Positions 24,480 to 33,005 of a stretch of DNA of 37,598 nt are shown here, piece by piece. The position numbers and the translations under genes are program-made. Below the pieces are notes generated by a model. That model was not told where the DNA came from. It ran no database searches and saw only the letters and a list, made by a program, of their open reading frames with translations. The DNA is from Candidatus Altiarchaeales archaeon (GTDB taxonomy: Archaea > Altiarchaeota > Altiarchaeia > IMC4 > QMZM01), in the NCBI GenBank assembly GCA_003663045.1, contig QMZG01000001.1:1-37598 (forward strand), read 5' to 3'. Position 1 is the stretch's first letter; each line of letters begins with the position of its first letter.

Positions 24480-25235
24480 TTATCCCTTCTTTATAATTGA
24501 TCTTATCATACTCTCTGCTTCAGAGGGTAAAAATATAACTATTTTTTCTGAAGGATCCGCGGCAATATCCCTGATCGTCTGCAATGTTCTCAGATGTAAC
24601 GCTCCCCCACTCTTCGACAGATTCTCTGCAGCCTTCATTAGATTTTCCGAAGCTGATAATTCTCCTTGAGAGGCTATTATAACTGCTCTTCTCTCTCTTT
24701 CAGCTTCTGCCTGTTTTGCCATCGCCCTCTTCATTTCTGCGGGAAGTTCTATCTCCTGAATCTTAATAGATTCTATGTCAATACCCCAGCCGGATGTTTC
24801 GGTATCTACTATCTTCTTTATACTATCTGCAATTTTCTCTCTTTCGCTTAGAACAAAATCAAGTTCATGATTACCAACGATGTCTCTTAAAGCAGCTTGT
24901 GTGTACTGCCTAACTGCAAAAACATAATCCTCTATTTTTATAATTACATCCTCGGGTTTCACAACCTTAAAATATACAACAGTATTTATGAGAAGGGTAA
25001 TATTATCCTTTGTTATAACCTCCTGTCTTGGTATATCTGCAGTTTTAATACGCATATCAACCTTACTCATGGTCTGAATTACCGGAATTATCCAAGTCAA
25101 ACCAGGATTGCGAACATTACTAAATCTACCCAATGTGAATACTACTCCTCGTTCATACTGATACAACAATCGAAGACCAGATGCAATCAAAAATATCACA
25201 ATCAAAATACCAAAAATCAAAATACCAAAAATCAT
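24480..25235 (-). CDS. SPFH / band-7 (stomatin-prohibitin) membrane protein
   Basis: N-terminal TM, then 'YERGVVFTLGRF', 'DMRIKT.DIPRQEVITKDN' and 'AEAERERRA'. Confidence 0.85.
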   Translation of the reverse strand: MIFGILIFGILIVIFLIASGLRLLYQYERGVVFTLGRFSNVRNPGLTWIIPVIQTMSKVDMRIKTADIPRQEVITKDNITLLINTVVYFKVVKPEDVIIKIEDYVFAVRQYTQAALRDIVGNHELDFVLSEREKIADSIKKIVDTETSGWGIDIESIKIQEIELPAEMKRAMAKQAEAERERRAVIIASQGELSASENLMKAAENLSKSGGALHLRTLQTIRDIAADPSEKIVIFLPSEAESMIRSIIKKG

Positions 25236-25322
25236 TTTTATTTCACCTCTTTTTTATAAAAATATAACATATTATCCTTTAAATAAGTTCATCTTTTAAC
25301 TCCAAAATTTAAAATCTATACT

Positions 25323-26588
25323 ATGTACAGAAGTTATGAAGAGATGCCCAAGATCAGGTTGCCTCATGGCCAAGAGATAAAGATTTCAGACTCTACCATA
25401 AGAGATGGTTCTCAGATGCCTGGCATAGTGATGACCAGAAAGCACAGACTAAGAATTTATGAATATCTTCATGAGATCGGAATAGAAAAACTGGAGTGCT
25501 TTCTCTATAATCAAAGAGATAAGGATGTAGCAAGGGAGATGCTAAATATTGGTTATGAATTCCCGGAGGTTACTGGATGGGCCCGTTCTAACAGAGATGA
25601 CATAGACCTAGTTCTTAAAATGGATGGGATTAAAGAGACGGGAATACTTATGTCGGTCTCAGACACCCATATCTTTGATAAACTTGGCTTGAAAAGCAGG
25701 GAAGATGCCGAGAAAAAGTATCTTGATGCTTTACAGTATTCGATAGATCATGGCTTGAAGGTGAGATGTCACCTGGAGGATCTGACGAGGGCAGATTGGG
25801 AAGGCTTCATAATCCCATTTGTCAAAAAAATTATTTCAATAGACAAGGATGCAATCATCAGAATCTGCGATACTCTTGGCTTGGGAATACCATTTCCAGA
25901 GGCCGAGCTTCCCTATGGAATTCCAAGGATGGTTCGGGAATTAAAAAGGATCGGCGTTAGAAATATTGAGACACATACCCATGACGACTTTGGTTTGGGG
26001 GTTGCAAATTCTCTTGCTGGCTACTGGTATGGGGCAAACTGGTCTAACCTCACTTTCCTTGGAATTGGGGAAAGGGCAGGGAATTCGGAACTGGAAAAAA
26101 TTCTGATATTTTTCATAACCAGGGTGGATGGATTTGAGAAATACAATCCAGAAAAATTGACGGAATTTGCTCGATATATGGAAAAAGAGGTAAGGATTCA
26201 TGTTCCTCGAAACAAAGCAATAGTTGGTGAGAATATCTTTGCTCATGAATCTGGAATTCATACCGCTGGGGTTATAAGAAATCCATTCACCTATGAACCA
26301 TTTCCTCCAGAGTTGGTGGGTGGGAAGAGAAGGTTAATGGTGGGTGATTCCTCTGGAAAGGATGTGATAAGACAAAAGGTAGAGGAAGTAGCAGAAAGAC
26401 TGATGGGGCTAAAGGTTAAAGTAGAGAAGGATGATCCAAGGATTCAAGAAATCTATAAGGATATTCACAGATTGTATGACGAAGAAGGTAGAAGATCAGC
26501 TATCTCAGACGATGAAATAAAGAAGTATGTAGAGAAATATTTCCTATTTGAGCCGGTGATTGATGAGGTTAAGGTCGAAGAAAACTAA
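25323..26588 (+). CDS. HMGL-like acyl-CoA:2-oxoacid condensing enzyme (isopropylmalate / homocitrate / citramalate / Re-citrate synthase family)
   Basis: 'ISDSTIRDGSQMPG' and 'ETHTHDDFGLGVANSLAG' (metal-binding HxH) fit the DRE-TIM fold. Substrate cannot be assigned from sequence by eye. Confidence 0.7.
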   Translation: MYRSYEEMPKIRLPHGQEIKISDSTIRDGSQMPGIVMTRKHRLRIYEYLHEIGIEKLECFLYNQRDKDVAREMLNIGYEFPEVTGWARSNRDDIDLVLKMDGIKETGILMSVSDTHIFDKLGLKSREDAEKKYLDALQYSIDHGLKVRCHLEDLTRADWEGFIIPFVKKIISIDKDAIIRICDTLGLGIPFPEAELPYGIPRMVRELKRIGVRNIETHTHDDFGLGVANSLAGYWYGANWSNLTFLGIGERAGNSELEKILIFFITRVDGFEKYNPEKLTEFARYMEKEVRIHVPRNKAIVGENIFAHESGIHTAGVIRNPFTYEPFPPELVGGKRRLMVGDSSGKDVIRQKVEEVAERLMGLKVKVEKDDPRIQEIYKDIHRLYDEEGRRSAISDDEIKKYVEKYFLFEPVIDEVKVEEN

Positions 26589-27648
26589 AATGCAAGTTGC
26601 ATGGATTTCGGATTCATTTGAGCAGATTAATGGAGTCTCGACATATATAAAAAACATCCTGCCTCTCCTGAACAAACAACTGGATATCAAATTATTTACA
26701 GGAAGGGTCACCAATGATTATGAATTCCCAGTTTTTTCTATGCCCCACATCTCCTTCCCCTTTCTGCCAGAATACGATATAATCTCCCCTTTTTTTAAAA
26801 AGATTGATGCGAATCTCATTCATGTTCATAGTGCATATCTCTTGGGATTGCGTTCATCAAGGCTGGATATGAAAAAAATTGTAACTACTCATTTTCACCC
26901 ATACAATTTTTTGGAATCCTTTTTTGGACAGAATCAGCCGAAGATATTTCGAGATCTGATGTGGAGATACATAATATGGTTCCTGAATCAATTCGATATC
27001 GTGATAACTCAGACCAGGGCAAAGGAAAAGACATTCAAAACCCAGGGTCTGAAAACAAGGATCGAGGTAGTACCCAACGGGATGGATATGTCCAAATCAA
27101 TTGAACATACAGAATTGAAGGTTGATTTTAGAAAGAAGTTTGGTATCAGGGGCGATTTCGCATTATTTCTTGGACGTTTGGATGCATCAAAGAGGCCAGA
27201 TTGGGTTATAGAGGTTGCTAAAAGACTCCCTCACAGACAGTTTGTTATCATAGGTAGGGGGACACTGGAGAAGAAGTTACCCCATCCAAAAAATGTCCAT
27301 TTCATCAGGGAGTATATCTCGGCGGAAGATAAGATCGGTGCTTATCACTCCGCTTCAATGATACTGATGCCTTCAGCCGTTGGTGTTGAGATGGAGGGTC
27401 TTGTTGCTCAGGAAGCGATGCTCTGCAAGACGCCCGTACTGCACTCAGATGATGATGTTCTTAACGAGGTAGTTGGAAAGGGGGGTATCGCATGTAGATC
27501 TATTGAAGAGCTAAAAGAAAAAACCGAACTTCTATTTGAGGATAATGAGCTTCGAGAAGAATTGGGGGAACGCGCACTGGAGGCAGTTGGTAAAAGAGAC
27601 ATCAACAAATCTGTTGAAAAATTAATAAAGATTTATGATTCTCTATAA
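26560..27648 (+). CDS. GT4-type glycosyltransferase
   Basis: 'GRLDASKRPD', 'MILMPSAVGVEMEGLVAQEAMLCKTPVL'. The likely true start is the ATG at 26590 (MQVAWISDSF), 1 nt after the upstream stop. Confidence 0.8.
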   Translation: MMRLRSKKTKMQVAWISDSFEQINGVSTYIKNILPLLNKQLDIKLFTGRVTNDYEFPVFSMPHISFPFLPEYDIISPFFKKIDANLIHVHSAYLLGLRSSRLDMKKIVTTHFHPYNFLESFFGQNQPKIFRDLMWRYIIWFLNQFDIVITQTRAKEKTFKTQGLKTRIEVVPNGMDMSKSIEHTELKVDFRKKFGIRGDFALFLGRLDASKRPDWVIEVAKRLPHRQFVIIGRGTLEKKLPHPKNVHFIREYISAEDKIGAYHSASMILMPSAVGVEMEGLVAQEAMLCKTPVLHSDDDVLNEVVGKGGIACRSIEELKEKTELLFEDNELREELGERALEAVGKRDINKSVEKLIKIYDSL

Positions 27649-27673
27649 GGCAATAATAACATAGACAGATAAG

Positions 27674-28735
27674 ATGATCAAGAAATCTATCATATCTTTT
27701 TTAATTGGCATAGGTATAATTGTTTTGGTATTGTACATCGTGGACTTTAACGAGGTTGTCCCTCAGATTCAACAATTGTCTCTGGGATATTTCTTATTAT
27801 TGCTTTTAATAGAGTTGATTTCAATTGTTTTATCTGCATTGAAGTGGAGATTGATACTACGTTCATTTCATGTACCCATGAAGGATATACTACCCACAAT
27901 ATTTGTCGGCTATCTGGTGAACAATATAACCCCCATGGGTTTTGCCGGAGGTGAACCGGTTCGTGCATGTATCATATCAAAGAAGAGGAATATTCCATTA
28001 ACGAGCTCTGCTGCGAGTGTGATTGTAGATCTCTTTTTAGAGATATTCCCAATGTTCCTCCTGAGTGGGATAGCGATCTACCTAGTTTTCATGAGTGGAA
28101 TTCCCATAGAAATCGCAATATTCTTGGGAATCATCTCTCTGACATTATCCATACTGTTTTTTATATCAATAACCTTAGTAATGAATAAAAATTTTTCCCT
28201 GAAGGTGATTCAGATATTTATTGAAATCATATCAAGAATTCCGATCTTAAAAATCTATTCGCAAAAACTGAGAGAGGATGTAAATGAGATATGTGATAAA
28301 TTTAACTACGCTATGAGAAGGCATATGATGGACCCCCATGTCCTATTTTTCGGAACCCTTATCTCCTCCTTCGTTTGGGGCCTAAGGTTGTTGAGGACGT
28401 ATGTGGTTTTCATAGCCCTTGGCTATCCTGTTTCAATAGATACCGTAATAGTGGTGGAAATTGCCGTGTCCGTACTTTCATTCTTGCCACTCCTTCCCGG
28501 ATCACTGGGGATATGGGAAGGTGCTAGTGTCATGTTTTTCGTACTGGCGGGTGTAGATAAGGCCTATGCTATGTCGGCTACGCTAATAGACAGGGTCCTT
28601 TTCTATCTGATCCCGTCCATCATTGGTATCATCTCTGCATTGTATCTGGGCATTAGTGTCTCAAGGCTGGTGAGTGAGAAGATCGGAGATGATAAGATAG
28701 AACTGGAGAAATTGTCGAAAATTATAGGTTCCTGA
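27674..28735 (+). CDS. flippase-like / UPF0104 (lysylphosphatidylglycerol-synthase TM-region) membrane protein
   Basis: Polytopic, with 'ITPMGFAGGEPVRA' and 'LPLLPGSLGIWEG', characteristic of this family. Confidence 0.7.
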   Translation: MIKKSIISFLIGIGIIVLVLYIVDFNEVVPQIQQLSLGYFLLLLLIELISIVLSALKWRLILRSFHVPMKDILPTIFVGYLVNNITPMGFAGGEPVRACIISKKRNIPLTSSAASVIVDLFLEIFPMFLLSGIAIYLVFMSGIPIEIAIFLGIISLTLSILFFISITLVMNKNFSLKVIQIFIEIISRIPILKIYSQKLREDVNEICDKFNYAMRRHMMDPHVLFFGTLISSFVWGLRLLRTYVVFIALGYPVSIDTVIVVEIAVSVLSFLPLLPGSLGIWEGASVMFFVLAGVDKAYAMSATLIDRVLFYLIPSIIGIISALYLGISVSRLVSEKIGDDKIELEKLSKIIGS

Positions 28736-28782
28736 TTTTATTTTTTATGCCATGAATACCTATTAATATCAACCTCAACACT

Positions 28783-28807
28783 TTTCTTTCTTTTCCAAAG
28801 AAAGAAA
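28783..28807 (+). promoter_or_regulatory. perfect 11-bp stem / 3-nt loop hairpin in the rpl44e leader region
   Basis: 'tttctttcttt' (28783-28793), loop 'tcc', then 'aaagaaagaaa' (28797-28807). A TATA-like 'tattaatatc' lies at 28761-28770. Confidence 0.4.
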
Positions 28808-29127
28808 TGAGGGTTTTGGATGATAGCCAAAAGACCATATTCAAAATGAAATTCCCAGATACTATAAAGACATACTGTCCCTATTGTAAAGCGCATACAG
28901 AGCATGAGGTTAGGCTTAGTAGAAAGGGAAAAGAAAGGACAATGAATAGGGGCAGGAGGAAGTATAAGGAAGTAAAGAAGGGCTATGGTGGTTCTCCAAG
29001 GACGCCTAAAAAGGATGTGTACAAGATAGGAAAGAGGCCGGTTTTTATATTAAAATGCAAGGTCTGCAAAAAGAAACAGCAGAGGGTTCACAAGGCGAGA
29101 ACTAAGAAGACCGTGGAAGTTAAATAG
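28807..29127 (+). CDS. rpl44e: 50S ribosomal protein L44e (eL42)
   Basis: '[15 protein letters not shown]...' plus 'LKCKVCKK' (zinc ribbon) and a basic composition. The likely true start is Met-14 at 28846 ([11 protein letters not shown]). Confidence 0.9.
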   Translation: MRVLDDSQKTIFKMKFPDTIKTYCPYCKAHTEHEVRLSRKGKERTMNRGRRKYKEVKKGYGGSPRTPKKDVYKIGKRPVFILKCKVCKKKQQRVHKARTKKTVEVK

Positions 29128-29144
29128 GTTATGTAGCTTTAAAA

Positions 29145-29342
29145 ATGTCAAAGAAAATCAGGAAAACCAATAGCAGATTTTTAAGGGTAAAGTGTAGTGA
29201 TTGCGGCAACGAACAGGTTATATTTGGCTGTGCCGCCAGTACCGTAAAGTGTCTGGTATGTGAAAAGGTTTTAGCGATTCCAACCGGTGGTAAAGCGATA
29301 ATAAAGACTGAAATCTTAGAGGTTCTGGATAAAAATCTCTAA
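29145..29342 (+). CDS. rps27e: 30S ribosomal protein S27e (eS27)
   Basis: 65 aa. The C4 zinc ribbon is '[29 protein letters not shown]'. Confidence 0.9.
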   Translation: MSKKIRKTNSRFLRVKCSDCGNEQVIFGCAASTVKCLVCEKVLAIPTGGKAIIKTEILEVLDKNL

Positions 29343-29345
29343 AAG

Positions 29346-29774
29346 ATGCCCCATAAGGATTTTGAATTTCTAGAACATATCGCCGATCTAAAATTTAGAT
29401 CTTATGGTAAGACCCTCGATGCATGTTTCGAAAATGCTGCCAAGGCTATGTTCTCCTCGATCCTTGATCTTAACTCCGTAATTGTAAAAACAGAAAGAAA
29501 AATAGAAATCAAATCGGATTCTCTGGAAACACTCCTTCATGATTTTTTGAGTGAGATCCTCTTTCTCTTTGAAACAGAAGATTTGGTCTTTGGGGAATTT
29601 CATGTTTCAATTAAAAAAAATGAAGGATATCAAATTTCTGCAAAATTAAAGGGCGAGAAATTTAATCCAAAAAGGCATGTTATAATGACGGATATAAAGG
29701 CGGTTACATACCATGAAATGCGAATTGAAAAAAAAGATGGTGAATGGGTTGTAGATGTCCTTTGTGATATATAG
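29346..29774 (+). CDS. archease (RtcB tRNA-ligase cofactor family)
   Basis: 'FEFLEHIADLKFRSYG', 'IKAVTYHEM' and a length of 142 aa. Confidence 0.85.
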   Translation: MPHKDFEFLEHIADLKFRSYGKTLDACFENAAKAMFSSILDLNSVIVKTERKIEIKSDSLETLLHDFLSEILFLFETEDLVFGEFHVSIKKNEGYQISAKLKGEKFNPKRHVIMTDIKAVTYHEMRIEKKDGEWVVDVLCDI

Positions 29775-29825
29775 CAAAGTATAGATGAAGAATTCTTTAA
29801 AATTCGATCTTAATACCTTATCAAA

Positions 29826-31190
29826 ATGAATCCTTCAATATTCCGTGCATACGATATCCGGGGGATTTTTGGTAAAGATCTGACAGAGGAAACTGCGGAG
29901 AGGATAGGAAAGGCATTTGGAACCTATGTTGATGGGGGGGACATAGTAGTGGGAAGGGACTGCAGATTGAGCTCTCCCGTACTTATGGATTCCCTAATTA
30001 AAGGACTGATCTTTACCGGTTGTAATGTGACAAACATAGGAATGGTTCCCACCCCCGTACTTTATTTCTCTCTCGTTCATTACAAAAAGGATGGTGGCAT
30101 CATGATTACTGGATCCCATAATGCTCCACAGTATAATGGCTTCAAGATCTGTAAGGGGTCGCATACACTTTATGGAGACGAGATTCGGGAGATTGGAGAG
30201 ATAGCAGAATCTGAGGATTTTAAGAGAGGTAAGGGGAGGGTTGAAGAGATGAATGTACTGAAGGATTATCTAAATTTTATCAAAGAAAGAATCGAGATCG
30301 AAAAGGAACTGAAGGTTGTGATAGATGGTGGAAATGGAACCGCTGGGAAGCTGGCATCAAAACTCTTCGGGGATTTGGGCTGCGAGGTAACAGAACTCTA
30401 CTGTGAGCCAGATGGAAATTTCCCCAATCATTTTCCAGATCCCACCATAGATGAAAATCTGATGGATCTAATCTCCTTAGTTAGGGATGAAGGTGCAGAT
30501 ATGGGAATCGCTTTTGATGGGGATGCCGACAGACTTGTCATAGTTGATGACACCGGAGAGATAATTAGGGGGGACCAGACCTTGATTCTTTTTTCCAGAG
30601 AGATCTTGAAGGAAAGGAAAAATGCAAAGATAATCTTTGAAGTGAAGTGCTCTCAAGCATTAATAGAGGATATAAAACAGCACGGTGGGATCCCAATAAT
30701 GTACAGAACGGGACATTCATTCATAAAGAAAAAGATGAAAGAGGAGAATGCTTTATTAGCTGGTGAGATGTCCGGACACTTCTTCTTTGCAGATAACTAT
30801 TATGGCTACGATGATGGAATCTTTGCTGCCGTGAGAATGGCCCAACTGCTTTCAAAAAGTAAGGAAAAACTATCGGAGATGATAGCAAAAATTCCCCATT
30901 ACTATTCCACACCAGAGATAAGGATTCATTGCCCGGAAGATGAGAAGTTTAAAATCGTGGAGAAAATAACGGAAAAATTTCAAATGGATTATGATGTAAT
31001 TAAAGTTGATGGGGCAAGGATCCAGTTTGATGATGGCTGGGGTTTAGTGAGGGCATCTAACACAGAACCGGCACTAATTCTGAGATTTGAGGCAAAAAAT
31101 AGGAAGAGGGTGGAAGAGATTAGAGAAATAATTATGGATGAATTAAAAAAGTTTCCTTCTGTAGCAAGGGGATTGGATGTTGTAAAATAG
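29826..31190 (+). CDS. phosphomannomutase / phosphoglucomutase / phosphoglucosamine mutase (alpha-D-phosphohexomutase)
   Basis: Active-site 'ITGSHNAPQYNGFK', Mg site 'FDGDADR', sugar loop 'GEMSGHFFF'. Confidence 0.9.
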   Translation: MNPSIFRAYDIRGIFGKDLTEETAERIGKAFGTYVDGGDIVVGRDCRLSSPVLMDSLIKGLIFTGCNVTNIGMVPTPVLYFSLVHYKKDGGIMITGSHNAPQYNGFKICKGSHTLYGDEIREIGEIAESEDFKRGKGRVEEMNVLKDYLNFIKERIEIEKELKVVIDGGNGTAGKLASKLFGDLGCEVTELYCEPDGNFPNHFPDPTIDENLMDLISLVRDEGADMGIAFDGDADRLVIVDDTGEIIRGDQTLILFSREILKERKNAKIIFEVKCSQALIEDIKQHGGIPIMYRTGHSFIKKKMKEENALLAGEMSGHFFFADNYYGYDDGIFAAVRMAQLLSKSKEKLSEMIAKIPHYYSTPEIRIHCPEDEKFKIVEKITEKFQMDYDVIKVDGARIQFDDGWGLVRASNTEPALILRFEAKNRKRVEEIREIIMDELKKFPSVARGLDVVK

Positions 31191-31386
31191 ATTAATTATC
31201 TAATTGTTCTAAGATACATCTCATCAACCGAACCCAGAAGCATTCAAGAGAAAAGAGGTGAGGAAATGAAAACGGAGTAGTTACAACTGGAATTCGGGAA
31301 GATTAAAGAACATAAGCAATATAAATTTATAACCTCGTGGCTTGCACTGAACGAGGAAAATTATGAGCAAAAAACAGATACATAGT

Positions 31387-31686
31387 TCATTTCCTACTGC
31401 TCTTTTTTTCATATCTCTCAAATGCAGCATACCATTCTTTTTCCATATCTATGTCAAATTTATTCGCCAGTTTCAATGTTAGGTAGAGTAGATCTACCAA
31501 CTCCTCAGCAAGTTCCGCCCTCTTAAATTTCTCTGTTTTATAGCCCTCCAAACGCAGAATTCTCCTTGAAATTTCCCCCAGTTCTTCGCTCATATGAAGT
31601 ACTATATGGCTTTCCTTGTCTTTGTTCCAGCCATATTTCTTATCATAGTCCATGACTTCTTTCTGCAACTGAGTTAAATTTGTCAT
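31387..31686 (-). CDS. MazG-like all-alpha NTP pyrophosphohydrolase
   Basis: 'MSEELGEISRRI' and 'ELAEELVDLLYLTLKLAN' give the EExxE...ExxD pattern in 99 aa. Confidence 0.7.
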   Translation of the reverse strand: MTNLTQLQKEVMDYDKKYGWNKDKESHIVLHMSEELGEISRRILRLEGYKTEKFKRAELAEELVDLLYLTLKLANKFDIDMEKEWYAAFERYEKKSSRK

Positions 31687-31703
31687 GATAATAATTATTT
31701 AAG

Positions 31704-32912
31704 ATGGATGAAATAAAACCCCCAGAACTGGAACAAGAACTTGGTATGGAGGTCTATGCTTCCAGAACAGAGGGTATTGGTGGAAGGATAAAACAGATCC
31801 CAGAGGATTTTATTGTTGAGGAGATTACTCCAGATGGGAAGATTCTGGAGATTGGTAATAGAGGTATTGAAAACAAAAACCAGGAAGAAAAGGAGTATGT
31901 GCATTTTACGCTGCAGAAATATAACTGGGATACTATGAAGGCAATAAAAGAGATTTCCAGAAGGCTGGGGATTAGTCATAAGAGGTTTGGATTTGCCGGG
32001 ACTAAGGATAAAAGGGCGCTTACGACGCAACGAGTCTCTTTATGGAATAAAAAAATCGAGGATTTGGAGAGGGTTAGAATTAAAGATATAAAGTTGAAGG
32101 ATTTTCGATATGAGGATGAAAGGATAAATCTCGGTGATCTCTTGGGTAATAGATTTACTGTTGTTATCCGAAATCTGGAATATGATGAAGAAATCATAAG
32201 AGAGAGAATCTCATCCCTAATGAATGAATTAAAGGGTCAGATCCCTTCATTCTTTGGAGTACAGAGATTTGGGACTGTCCGACCAATAACTCACTTAGTT
32301 GGAAAAGAAATCCTGAAGAAAAATTTCAAAGGTGCCGTAATGATCTATCTTTCAATGGAATTTGAGGGAGAAGATGAAGAAGTAAAGGAGGTAAGAAAAA
32401 CCCTGAGGGAAACGGGAGACTTTAGAGAGACACTAAAGAATTTCCCCAAGCACCTTGGTTACGAAAATGCTATGTTGAATTTCCTTGTAAAAGAACGAAA
32501 AAAGGAGAATTTCATTGGTGCTCTGAGAAAATTGCCAAAGAAACTTCGACAGATGTTTATTCATGCATATCAGGCATACATATTTAATAAATCGTTGAGT
32601 GAATACATAAAAAGGGGTATTGTTGTTGAAAGACTTCCACTGGTTGGTTATAAGACAGAGATTGATGAAATAACTTCGAGGATTTTGAATGAGGAGGGAA
32701 TTTCTCAAGAGGATTTCAGGGTGGATTCTATGCCGGAGTTAAGCTCTAAAGGCGAGTATAGGAATTGCTTTGCCATCGTGGAAAATCTTGAGATCATTAA
32801 TATTAGGGATGATGAATTGAATGAGGGAAAGAAGAGATTAACAATCAGGTTTTCACTTGGGAAGGGAAACTATGCCACTGTGTTTTTGAGGGAGGTGATG
32901 AAATCCCCATAA
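31704..32912 (+). CDS. truD: tRNA pseudouridine synthase D (TruD/Pus7 family)
   Basis: The catalytic motif is 'FGFAGTKDKRALTTQRVS', with 'VQRFG' and 'FIHAYQAYIFN'. Confidence 0.9.
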   Translation: MDEIKPPELEQELGMEVYASRTEGIGGRIKQIPEDFIVEEITPDGKILEIGNRGIENKNQEEKEYVHFTLQKYNWDTMKAIKEISRRLGISHKRFGFAGTKDKRALTTQRVSLWNKKIEDLERVRIKDIKLKDFRYEDERINLGDLLGNRFTVVIRNLEYDEEIIRERISSLMNELKGQIPSFFGVQRFGTVRPITHLVGKEILKKNFKGAVMIYLSMEFEGEDEEVKEVRKTLRETGDFRETLKNFPKHLGYENAMLNFLVKERKKENFIGALRKLPKKLRQMFIHAYQAYIFNKSLSEYIKRGIVVERLPLVGYKTEIDEITSRILNEEGISQEDFRVDSMPELSSKGEYRNCFAIVENLEIINIRDDELNEGKKRLTIRFSLGKGNYATVFLREVMKSP

Positions 32913-33005
32913 CTTGGATGCGATGCATCTATTTTTATCTGTATCTCTTCCAATATTATAATTAATGTATTATATGTAGCATTTTAATGTATTGGGTGAC
33001 AGTTT

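Noticed and set aside
25201-25235. 15-nt unit 'atcaaaataccaaaa' repeated twice plus a partial copy at the 5' end of the SPFH gene
   Set aside because: This is a real in-frame tandem duplication (protein 'IFGILIFGIL'). It only lengthens the hydrophobic membrane anchor. I judged it a minor slippage event rather than a functional element.
31191-31386. 196-nt convergent intergenic gap with a 6-bp stem ('cctcgt...acgagg') and a 4-codon mini-ORF behind a GGTGA
   Set aside because: The stem is short with a 12-nt loop, and composition is not distinctive. Nothing supports an RNA gene. It is most simply a 3' UTR/terminator region for both flanking genes.
31695-32030. 111-aa minus-strand ORF
   Set aside because: It is antisense to the 5' part of truD, which has the catalytic GxKD motif.
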